From NCBI GenBank assembly GCA_024691985.1, contig JAILNC010000099.1, positions 18,606-82,605 on the forward strand: DNA of 64,000 nt, written 5' to 3'. Shown here piece after piece: positions 34,972 through 42,758 of the stretch. The position numbers and the translations under genes were made by a program. The notes beneath the pieces were generated by a model that was not told the DNA's origin, made no database searches, and was given only the letters and a program-made list of their open reading frames with translations. Within the stretch, counting starts at the first letter, position 1. The number at the start of each line of letters is the position of its first letter. Source of the DNA: Oscillospiraceae bacterium. GTDB lineage: Bacteria > Bacillota > Clostridia > Oscillospirales > Oscillospiraceae.

Positions 34972-35048
34972 CCCCCATGCCGGCCAGGTCGGACATGCAT
35001 GGGGAGATTGTGAAGAGGAGACGGGGAGTCCCCTCTTCACGTTCAATC
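34972..35048. repeat. Degenerate third copy of the bipartite two-hairpin module (copy C)
   Basis: Hairpin 1 is CCCCATGC (34973-34980) / GCATGGGG (34997-35004). The spacer is AGATT. Hairpin 2 is GTGAAGAGGAGAC-GGGGA-GTCCCCTCTTCAC (35010-35040), followed by the tail GTTCAATC. Confidence 0.4.
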
Positions 35049-35087
35049 TACGCCAAGATGGGAACTTTTTTGAAGTTTCCATTTTGG

Positions 35088-35128
35088 CCGCCGCAAGCTG
35101 TCGACATTTTGACGACAGCTTGCGGCGG
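35088..35128. other. Perfect 16-bp stem-loop downstream of spoVM
   Basis: CCGCCGCAAGCTGTCG-acattttga-CGACAGCTTGCGGCGG. There is no flanking T-tract on either strand. Confidence 0.4.
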
Positions 35129-35179
35129 GACGCAAATCCTGTCCCGCCCCGTTCCATTCCTATTCCGTCCCGCCCCCGT

Positions 35180-35251
35180 CTATTCCCCCGTGCGCCGCCG
35201 CGTCAGCAGCTTTGCCAGAAAGCGCGGCATCTTGATGATGTAGATCTTCAT
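35180..35251 (-). CDS. spoVM: Stage V sporulation protein M (23-aa amphipathic peptide)
   Basis: MKIYIIKMPRFLAKLLTRRRTGE compares with B. subtilis SpoVM MKFYTIKLPKFLGGIVRAMLGSFRKD (recalled from memory). GGAAAGGAG RBS is present. It occupies the same position after rsgA as in the B. subtilis neighbourhood. Confidence 0.7.
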   Translation of the reverse strand: MKIYIIKMPRFLAKLLTRRRTGE

Positions 35252-35328
35252 ATCCTGCTCCTTTCCCCTTCTCACAGATCCGCATGCGAGACTCCCCTGC
35301 ACCGTTTGTTCTCTGTTTTGCATTCGCT

Positions 35329-35511
35329 TCAGCTGCAGCGGATATACCAGATCCCGAACCCGATCAGAAGCACCGCCAGGATGAACCACCAGAAGGCCGA
35401 AGGCAAAACCAGAGAGAGGATGATGATCAGCCCCGCGAAGATCGCGACGAAGCCCAGCATGCAGTGCCGTCCCCTGCGCATAACAAACCGCCCCCCGCGC
35501 CGTAAACTCAT
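35329..35511 (-). CDS. Small hydrophobic protein (start uncertain; possibly the 43-aa form starting at MLGFVAIF)
   Basis: …MLGFVAIFAGLIIILSLVLPSAFWWFILAVLLIGFGIWYIRCS has two TM-like segments and lies between rsgA and spoVM. No start candidate has a clear RBS. Confidence 0.35.
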   Translation of the reverse strand: MSLRRGGRFVMRRGRHCMLGFVAIFAGLIIILSLVLPSAFWWFILAVLLIGFGIWYIRCS

Positions 35512-35547
35512 TGCAGTCTACGCGGGAGGCGGTCTGTTTATTCTGTT

Positions 35548-36435
35548 TTAGTCGTCTTTATATTCCCAAAACTTGTGCTGCGCGCTCAGTTCGTACAGAC
35601 GTATGTAGGAGCGGTAGCGGCTTTCGTCGATCTCTCCGGCCTGTACCGCGGCTCTCACGGCGCAGTCCGGCTCCTTCAGATGCGCGCAGTCGTGGAAGCG
35701 GCATTTTCCGAGATAAGGGGAGAATTCGATGAAATCATATTGGAGGTTTTCTTTCTCGATGACGTTCGTCATCATCACGTCCAGCGAGGCAAAGCCGGGC
35801 GTGTCGGCAATGTAGGTGCCGTCCCCGAGGGCGTAGAGCTCCACATGGCGGGTCGTATGCCTGCCCCGCCCGAGCTTTTCGCTGACCTCGCCGGTCTTGA
35901 TATCCGCCCCGGGCAGCAGGACGTTGAGGATGCTGGACTTGCCCACGCCCGAATTGCCGGTGAAGGCGCAGACCCTGCCCCGCAGAAGCGCAAGCAGGGC
36001 GTCCGTCCCCTCGCCGGTCTCGGCGCTGGTGCGGAGCACCGGATAGCCGGTTTTCCCGAACAACTCGTACAGCCTGTCGCCGGGGTCGAGATCGGTCTTG
36101 TTGATGCAGATCACAAGACCGCAGCTCGCCTCCTCCGCGATGACCGACAGTCTGTCGATCAGAAAGGGATCGGTCACGGGGTTTACGTTGGCCGCAACGA
36201 AAACGAGCGTGTCGATGTTGGCGACGGCCGGCCGGATAAACCAGTTTTTGCGAGGCAGGACCTCGTCGATCCTTCCCTTCCCATGCGCGTCCTGACTGCA
36301 GCGCACCCTGTCGCCCACGAGCGGGGAACTGCCGTCCAGGCGGAAGCGGCCGCGCGCCTTGCACTCGATGAGCTCATCCCCGGCCGCGACATAGTAAAAG
36401 CCGCTGAGCGCCTTGACAATGATGCCTTCCTTCAA
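35548..36435 (-). CDS. rsgA: Ribosome small-subunit-dependent GTPase A
   Basis: Circularly permuted GTPase motifs (…VICINKTDL…, GNSGVGKSS) and a C-terminal Zn motif CRFHDCAHLKEPDC. It uses a TTG start with AGAGGAGA upstream. Confidence 0.9.
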   Translation of the reverse strand: MKEGIIVKALSGFYYVAAGDELIECKARGRFRLDGSSPLVGDRVRCSQDAHGKGRIDEVLPRKNWFIRPAVANIDTLVFVAANVNPVTDPFLIDRLSVIAEEASCGLVICINKTDLDPGDRLYELFGKTGYPVLRTSAETGEGTDALLALLRGRVCAFTGNSGVGKSSILNVLLPGADIKTGEVSEKLGRGRHTTRHVELYALGDGTYIADTPGFASLDVMMTNVIEKENLQYDFIEFSPYLGKCRFHDCAHLKEPDCAVRAAVQAGEIDESRYRSYIRLYELSAQHKFWEYKDD

Positions 36436-36459
36436 TCAGCCGTCTCCTCTGCTGCGTTC

Positions 36460-38139
36460 TCAAACCATAGGTCCGGACGAGACCTTCAGATAGATTTTCG
36501 CGTGCTCCTCGATCTCGGTGAAGGCCTCCGCACTCTGCCCGATCACGGTCCCGGCGTCGACGTCGCTCGTCGTCCAGTCGGAGCCGCCATAGCTCAGCCC
36601 TGCGTTTTCCAGCTTGCTGATGGCCGCTTCCTCCGAAAGGCCGATGACGTTCGGCATGCGCACATAGCTGGTCTGCGGTCCGGTGCTGACCGTGACATAG
36701 ACCGTCGAGCCGGAGCTCATCTGCTCGCCCGCGCTAGGACTTGTCCGAATGACATAGTCCTTCGTGACCGAGCCGGAGGTCTCGTTCTCGATGTCCACGA
36801 TGAAGCCGGCCTGCTGCAGGCGGGTCTTGGCCTCGCGGTAGTCCAGATTCACCACGTCCGGCACCTCGGTGAAGACCATGCCCGTGCTGACGGACAGCTC
36901 GACCTTGATGCCTTCGGGCGTGATCATCATGCTGCGGCCCGGGTCCGGATCCTGGGAGAGGATGGTGCCGCTCTCGGTCTCGGTATCGATCACGTAGACG
37001 ACGTCGAAGCTGTAAAGCGACGCGTACTCGGCGTTGTCCACCACGCGCTGGTAATCCTTTCCGCAGAAATTCGGAAGCGTGATGCGCTCCGCCGGGGTAA
37101 AGACCTCGGCCAGCCAGAAATCCCACATGAACACGAACAGGGCCAGGCACAGCGCCAGCGCCCCGAAGGTGCCCATCAGGAAGGTGACGCGTCTCGCCCT
37201 GCGGTGACGGAGCCGGAAGCGCTCCTTGTTCATCTCGCTGACAGAGCGGATGGGCATGACCGCAGGGTTTTCCAGCGGCTTCTTCTCAGGCTCCGATTTC
37301 TTGAGCTGCTCCTGCACAAAGGCGTCCAGATCCTCCAGCAGCTCGTTTGCGCTCTGGTAGCGCTGGGTGATGTCGGCGCACATGGCCTTGAAGGTGATGC
37401 GCTCGAGCTCTGCGGGGACCTCCGGCACCAGCTCGTGCGGCGCCACGGCCTGGGCGTTCATATGCTTGACGGCGATCTCTCCGATGGTCTCGCCCTCATA
37501 AGGCTTCTGTCCTGTGAGCATCTCGTACATCACGACGCCGAGAGAGTACAGGTCGCTCCTCGCGTCGGGCAGCTCGCCGCGCGCCTGCTCGGGCGCGATA
37601 TAGTGAATGGAGCCGATTGCCTGCCCGTCGCTCTCATGGGCCTCGTTTTCCAGCGCGGCGATGCCGAAGTCCTCGACCTTGATCGTGCCGTCGCGCAGCA
37701 TGAGGATGTTCTGGGGCTTGATGTCCCGGTGGATGATGCCGCGCTCATGGGCGTGCGAAAGCGCGCGGGCGATCTGCCGCGTGAAGTGCAGGACCTCCCG
37801 CCAGTTGAGCACGCCGCGCTTGTCCATATACTGCCGCAGGGTGATACCGTCTACCAGTTCCATCACTATGTATTCGATATCATCGCTGTGGCTGACGTCA
37901 TAGACGCCAACGATATTCGGGTTGGAAAGCATGGCGACCGCGTGGGCCTCGGCGCAGAAGTTCCTGCGGAACTCCTCGTCGGACGCCATCTCGTCGCGCA
38001 TGATCTTAACGGCGACGCTGCGGTTGAGCCTTCTGTCCGTCGCCTTGTAGACCACCGACATGCCGCCTTCGCCGATCAGCTCGAGGATCTCATAGCGCTC
38101 GTCCAGGATCTGGCCGATGTACTTGTCTTGATTCTCCAT
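36460..38139 (-). CDS. prkC: Ser/Thr protein kinase PrkC with three PASTA repeats
   Basis: Contains Hanks motifs GEGGMSVVYKA, HRDIKPQN and DFGIA, then a TM segment and three PASTA-like repeats. The start at 38139 (MENQDKY) has GGAGAG upstream. Confidence 0.9.
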   Translation of the reverse strand: MENQDKYIGQILDERYEILELIGEGGMSVVYKATDRRLNRSVAVKIMRDEMASDEEFRRNFCAEAHAVAMLSNPNIVGVYDVSHSDDIEYIVMELVDGITLRQYMDKRGVLNWREVLHFTRQIARALSHAHERGIIHRDIKPQNILMLRDGTIKVEDFGIAALENEAHESDGQAIGSIHYIAPEQARGELPDARSDLYSLGVVMYEMLTGQKPYEGETIGEIAVKHMNAQAVAPHELVPEVPAELERITFKAMCADITQRYQSANELLEDLDAFVQEQLKKSEPEKKPLENPAVMPIRSVSEMNKERFRLRHRRARRVTFLMGTFGALALCLALFVFMWDFWLAEVFTPAERITLPNFCGKDYQRVVDNAEYASLYSFDVVYVIDTETESGTILSQDPDPGRSMMITPEGIKVELSVSTGMVFTEVPDVVNLDYREAKTRLQQAGFIVDIENETSGSVTKDYVIRTSPSAGEQMSSGSTVYVTVSTGPQTSYVRMPNVIGLSEEAAISKLENAGLSYGGSDWTTSDVDAGTVIGQSAEAFTEIEEHAKIYLKVSSGPMV

Positions 38140-38158
38140 AGATCTCTCCGTTCGGGCT

Positions 38159-38905
38159 TCAGCGCATGACCGCAACAACCGTCACATTGTCCCGCGCGCC
38201 GCGGTTGAGCGCCTTGCTCATCAGCGCGCGGCACAAAAGCTCGGGCTCCTGGTATTCCCGGGCGTAGTCCAGCATCTCCAGATCCGAAACGATGTTGGAC
38301 AGGCCGTCGGAGCAGAGCAGCAGCACGTCGCCGCTCTGCAGGGAAAACTCAAAATAATCGCAGTCCACGTCCCCCTCCGTGCCGAGGGCGCGGGTGATCA
38401 CATTCTTCTGCGGGTGGGTGCGGGCCTGCTCCTTCGTGATCGCGCCCGCCTCCATCAGCTCCTCGACGAGGGAGTGATCGCGGGTGATCTGACTGATGCT
38501 GTTGCTGCGGCGCGAGATGTGATAGGCCCTGCTGTCGCCGACATTGATAATATACCCTTTTCCGTTGTATTTTATCACGCCGCCGACGATCGTCGTACCC
38601 ATGCCGTTGAAGGCGTCGTCAAAGTGGGAATACTCGAAGGAAACGCCGTTGGCCTCTCTGCAGGCGTTTGTGAGGATACGGCGGTAATCCGTCGTCCGGG
38701 CGACGCGGGAGGTAAGCTTTGCGTAGATGTAGGAGACGAAAGCTTTGTTGGAGAGCTGGCTGGCGATCCCGCCCGCCTTGGCTCCGCCCATGCCGTCGCA
38801 CAGCGCGACGATCATGCAGGATTTGGGCTCGCACTTCTCGATGATGAAACAGTCCTGATTGTCCTTGCGGACCTTGCCCTTGTCGGTCAGGCCGAAGCTC
38901 TTCAT
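38159..38905 (-). CDS. prpC: PP2C-family Ser/Thr phosphatase (Stp/PrpC)
   Basis: …RKDNQDCF…LCDGMGG…DNVTVV…. The start overlaps the rlmN stop (ATGA). Confidence 0.9.
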   Translation of the reverse strand: MKSFGLTDKGKVRKDNQDCFIIEKCEPKSCMIVALCDGMGGAKAGGIASQLSNKAFVSYIYAKLTSRVARTTDYRRILTNACREANGVSFEYSHFDDAFNGMGTTIVGGVIKYNGKGYIINVGDSRAYHISRRSNSISQITRDHSLVEELMEAGAITKEQARTHPQKNVITRALGTEGDVDCDYFEFSLQSGDVLLLCSDGLSNIVSDLEMLDYAREYQEPELLCRALMSKALNRGARDNVTVVAVMR

Positions 38906-39960
38906 GCCTTGTCTCCTCCTTTCGTCTGCATTTTGCGCCGCAGCTGGCCGCAGGAGGCGTCCACGTCTCCGCCCAGCCTGCGCCGGACCGTGATGTTCAC
39001 GCCCTGCTGCTCGAGAATACGGATGAATTCCTTCATATGCTCCGGCGTCGAGGGCCGGAAGGGCCGCTCCTCCACATGGTTGAGCGGGATCAGATTGACA
39101 TGGGCCGCGACGGCGCGGGCGTGTCCGGCCAGCAGTCTGGCCTGCGCGGGACTGTCGTTGACGCCGTCGATCATAGCGTACTCGAAGGAGATGCGCCGCC
39201 CCGTCTGTTCGTAGTAATCGCGGCAGGCTTTGATCAGCGCGTCGACGCCGCGTCCGCGGTTGGCGGGCATGAGCTTCGAGCGCGTCTCGTCGTCCGGGGC
39301 ATGCAGCGACACCGAGAGGGTCAGCTGCAGCTCCTGTGCGGCGAGCTCCGGAAAGCGTTCGATCAGTCCGCAGGTGGACAGCGAGATATGCCGCATGCCG
39401 ATGTTCAGCCCGTCGGGATGGTTCACCAGACGCAAAAAGCGCATCACGTTGTCAAAATTGTCCAGCGGCTCGCCGATGCCCATGAGCACGATGTTGGAGA
39501 TGGACAGGCCGGAATCGAGCTGCGAGAAAAGCACCTCGTCCAGAATCTCGCCGGCGTCAAGATCGCGCACCAGTCCGCCGATGGTGGAGGCGCAGAAGGC
39601 GCAGCCCTGTCGGCAGCCCACCTGCGAGGAGACACAGACCGTGTTGCCGTGCTTATAGCGCATGACCACCGTCTCCACGGCGTTGCCGTCGGCAAGCTCC
39701 CAGAGATACTTGATCGTCCCGTCCAGCGCCGAAACCTGCTTTGACAGAACCTTCGGCTCGTGGATCGAAAAGCGTCCGTCCAGCTTTTCGCGCAGGGCCT
39801 TCGGCAGATTGCTCATCTGTCCGAAATCCCGCACGCCGCGCGAAAGCCACTGGAAGATCTGGGCGGCGCGAAACTTCACCTCGCCCAACGCGGCAAGCTC
39901 CGCTTCCAGTTCCGCGGGCAGGAGGGAGACGATATTCGGTTTTGTTTCCCCCTTGGGCAT
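38902..39960 (-). CDS. rlmN: 23S rRNA/tRNA (adenine-C2)-methyltransferase, radical SAM
   Basis: Contains the CxxxCxxC motif (GCRQGCAFCAS) and …GMGEPLDN-type region (MGIGEPLDN). Confidence 0.9.
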   Translation of the reverse strand: MPKGETKPNIVSLLPAELEAELAALGEVKFRAAQIFQWLSRGVRDFGQMSNLPKALREKLDGRFSIHEPKVLSKQVSALDGTIKYLWELADGNAVETVVMRYKHGNTVCVSSQVGCRQGCAFCASTIGGLVRDLDAGEILDEVLFSQLDSGLSISNIVLMGIGEPLDNFDNVMRFLRLVNHPDGLNIGMRHISLSTCGLIERFPELAAQELQLTLSVSLHAPDDETRSKLMPANRGRGVDALIKACRDYYEQTGRRISFEYAMIDGVNDSPAQARLLAGHARAVAAHVNLIPLNHVEERPFRPSTPEHMKEFIRILEQQGVNITVRRRLGGDVDASCGQLRRKMQTKGGDKA

Positions 39961-39969
39961 CCTGCTCTC

Positions 39970-41274
39970 CTATCGTTTCCGCAGCTTGGCGACAAAGAAG
40001 CCGTCGGTCCCGGTTATGTTCGGCCAGAAGGTGACCATTCCGTTTTCGGACTTAAGCTCTCCGATCGAAAACTCCTCGGGCACAAACGCGGGGTACTGTT
40101 TCAGAAAGTCCTCGACGACCCTCTCGTTTTCCTCCTCCAGCACCGTGCAAGTGGAGTACAGGAAAACGCCGTCTTTTTTCAGATAATTTGAGAGATTATC
40201 GGTAATATCCGCCTGGATCTGCGGCAGTTTTGTGATACTTTCCCACTTTTTTGAACGGATTTCGGGCTTTTTCCGTATCACGCCGAGGCCGGAACAGGGC
40301 ACGTCCGCAATCACGAGATCGAAGCTCTCCGCCAGCTCCGGGGCGTATTCCCGCGCGTCCGCCGCCCGGGTCTCCACGATCGAGATCCCCAGTCTTTTAA
40401 CGCCTTCCGTGACCAGCCGCAGCTTCTTTTCGTGGATGTCGCAGGCGAGGATCTCGCCTTGATTTTTCATCCGCAGCGCCGCGGCGAAGCTCTTGCCGCC
40501 GGGGCTCGCGCAGGCGTCCAGCACCCGCATCCCGGCTTCCGGCGCGGCGGCCTCCACGGCCAGTCTCGCCGCCCTGTCCTGCACGTAAAACAGCCCTTCC
40601 TCATAGCCCGGAAGCTCCTGCGGCGCAGCGGCCGCGAGTGTCAGGCAGCCCGGCAGATCGGGACATGCTTCAAAGCTAAGCTCAGCGCGCTGCAGGGCGC
40701 GAATGTAGTCCGCGGCTTCGATCTTCAGGGTGTTGACCTGGATCGTCAGCGGCGCGGGGCGGTTGTTGGCTGCGAAGAAGGCCTCCGTAAAGGCATAGCC
40801 CTTCCGCTCGCACAGCAGTTCGGCCAGCCAGAGCGGATGGCTGTAGAGAATCGAAAGATATTCCGGCGTGCCCTCTCCCGGGATCACGGGCAGGTCGCCG
40901 CGTGCATCGGCGATGCGGCGCAGCACGGCGTTGACAAGTCCTGCGGCGCGGGTGCAGCCCGCGGCCCTGCAGAGAGCGACGGACTCGTCCACGGCGGCGC
41001 GGGCGGGCACGCGGTCGAAGAACAGGAGCTGACACACGCCGAGGCGCAGCACGTCGCGCACCGTCGGCTCCAGCTTTGAAGTACAGAAGGAGCCGATATA
41101 AAAATCGCAGAGAGCGCTGTTTTCCAGTACGCTCAGGCAGAGTCTCGACGCAAAGGCGGCTTCGCGGCGGTCAAGGCCGTATTTCTTTACGACGCTGTCC
41201 ATCGCAGCGCCGGACCAGGCCCCGTCCCGCCGACAGCGCATCAGCGCCTCCAGGGCGGCTTGACGGGCGCTCAT
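39970..41274 (-). CDS. rsmB: 16S rRNA (cytosine967-C5)-methyltransferase
   Basis: NusB-like N-terminal domain plus SAM-MTase motifs (DACASPGGKS, DVPCSGLG). The ATG at 41274 overlaps the fmt stop (ATGA). The longer ORF to 41472 overlaps fmt and looks non-coding. Confidence 0.85.
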   Translation of the reverse strand: MSARQAALEALMRCRRDGAWSGAAMDSVVKKYGLDRREAAFASRLCLSVLENSALCDFYIGSFCTSKLEPTVRDVLRLGVCQLLFFDRVPARAAVDESVALCRAAGCTRAAGLVNAVLRRIADARGDLPVIPGEGTPEYLSILYSHPLWLAELLCERKGYAFTEAFFAANNRPAPLTIQVNTLKIEAADYIRALQRAELSFEACPDLPGCLTLAAAAPQELPGYEEGLFYVQDRAARLAVEAAAPEAGMRVLDACASPGGKSFAAALRMKNQGEILACDIHEKKLRLVTEGVKRLGISIVETRAADAREYAPELAESFDLVIADVPCSGLGVIRKKPEIRSKKWESITKLPQIQADITDNLSNYLKKDGVFLYSTCTVLEEENERVVEDFLKQYPAFVPEEFSIGELKSENGMVTFWPNITGTDGFFVAKLRKR

Positions 41275-42191
41275 GACAGGGCGATGCGGTGGCCGCGCAG
41301 GAAATCCCCGGCCAGCATCCGCTTTTTCCCGGGCGCCTGCAGCTCGGTGATCAGCAGGGTCTGCCCGTCGGCGCAGGCGATCTCGATGCCCGCCTCCCCG
41401 GCAGAGACGATCGCGCCGGGCGCTTTCTCCGTGCGGGCATCGGTATAGGCCGCGCCGAAGACGCGAAAGCACTTTCCCTCCAGCTCCATGGTCGCGACCG
41501 GCCAGGGCTGGAGTCCGTATATGTGCTTGACGATCTCCCGCGGCTGCTTGTTCCAGTCGATGGGACAGATGGATTTATCCAGCATTTTGACATAGCTGGC
41601 CTGCGTGTGATCCTGCGGTGTGCGCGGCGCTGTGCCGTCCTCGATGGCGCGCAGTGTTTTGATCAGCAGCTCGGCACCCATGCGCATCAGGCGGTCAAAG
41701 AGCTCGCCTGCGGTCTCAAATTCGCCGATCGCGGTGCTCTCCGTAAAGATCACGTCGCCGGCGTCCATGTCATGGGACAGATACATGGTGCTCACGCCCG
41801 TGACTTCGTCGCCGTTGAGCACGGCCCACTGGATGGGCGCGGCCCCACGGTACTTCGGCAGCAGCGAGCCGTGGACGTTTACGGCCCCGTAGGGCGGCAG
41901 GGCTAGCATGTCGTCCGGCAGGATGCGGCCGTAGGCCACGACCACGAGGATATCGGGCGAAAGCTCCCGCAGGATGGCGAGCGCAGTCCCGTCCCGCATC
42001 TTCTCCGGCTGATATACCGGCAGGCCGTGCTTGAGCGCCAGCTCCTTGACCGGGGAAAAGCTCAGCTCCATCCCGCGGCCTTTGGGCTTGTCCGGCTGCG
42101 TGAAGACGCCGACGACGTCATAGCCCTCGTCGAGCAGCTTATCAAGGGACGCGGCGGCAAAGTCCGGCGTGCCCATAAATACGATCTTCAC
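41271..42191 (-). CDS. fmt: Methionyl-tRNA formyltransferase
   Basis: (V)KIVFMGTPDFAAASL…HGSLLPKYRGAAPIQ…. The GTG start at 42191 overlaps the def stop (GTGA). Confidence 0.9.
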   Translation of the reverse strand: MKIVFMGTPDFAAASLDKLLDEGYDVVGVFTQPDKPKGRGMELSFSPVKELALKHGLPVYQPEKMRDGTALAILRELSPDILVVVAYGRILPDDMLALPPYGAVNVHGSLLPKYRGAAPIQWAVLNGDEVTGVSTMYLSHDMDAGDVIFTESTAIGEFETAGELFDRLMRMGAELLIKTLRAIEDGTAPRTPQDHTQASYVKMLDKSICPIDWNKQPREIVKHIYGLQPWPVATMELEGKCFRVFGAAYTDARTEKAPGAIVSAGEAGIEIACADGQTLLITELQAPGKKRMLAGDFLRGHRIALS

Positions 42192-42691
42192 TCCTCGACC
42201 ACGCCCTTTTCCAGTTCCTCTTCGGTGAGCATGCGCTCGCATTTGGAGGTAAAAACGACGCCGTCGAGATGGTCGATCTCATGGCAGAAGCAGCGGGCTG
42301 TCAGGCCCGTGCCCTCGACCTCGAAGAAGTCTCCGTTGCGGTCCTGCGCGCGGACCTTCACGTGCATGGGGCGGCGGACAAGGCCGTACTCCCCCGGCAC
42401 GCTCAGACAGCCCTCAGCCCCGAACTGCTCGCCCGAGCTCCCGATGATCTCGGGATTGACCAGCTCGATGAGGTATTCTTCCTCACCCTCGGGCACGTTG
42501 GTTTCCAGCACGATGCAGGCGCGGCGCAGCACCCCCACCTGGGGCGCGGCAAGACCCACGCCGTTTTCCGTGGAGAGCGTGTCCGCCATGTCGTCCAGAA
42601 GCTGGTGGAGGCGGGGATTGAATTCGGTAACAGGACGGCAGTGCTTGTACAGCGTCGGCTGTTCCTTGGTCAGAATGTTTCTGCGAGCCAT
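42188..42691 (-). CDS. def: Peptide deformylase
   Basis: Motifs GVGLAAPQ, EGCLS and HEIDH are all present. Confidence 0.9.
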   Translation of the reverse strand: MARRNILTKEQPTLYKHCRPVTEFNPRLHQLLDDMADTLSTENGVGLAAPQVGVLRRACIVLETNVPEGEEEYLIELVNPEIIGSSGEQFGAEGCLSVPGEYGLVRRPMHVKVRAQDRNGDFFEVEGTGLTARCFCHEIDHLDGVVFTSKCERMLTEEELEKGVVEE

Positions 42692-42758
42692 TTGCTTCTC
42701 CTATCTGCCGCATAGCGGCATCGGTATATGGGAAAGCGCACCGCAGCGGTGCGAAAAA

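Noticed and set aside
35575-38169. 864-aa plus-strand ORF opposite rsgA and prkC. The same applies to 42027-44765 (912 aa, opposite fmt/def/priA), 61383-63677 (764 aa, opposite the SNF2 gene), 54438-56480 (680 aa, opposite recD2), 56647-58467 (606 aa, opposite uvrA), 10517-12622 (701 aa, opposite the kinase) and 4015-5499 (494 aa, opposite the dehydratase)
   Set aside because: All are mirror frames of genes with strong homology-type signatures and share the same biased low-complexity composition. None has a plausible RBS or recognisable motif.
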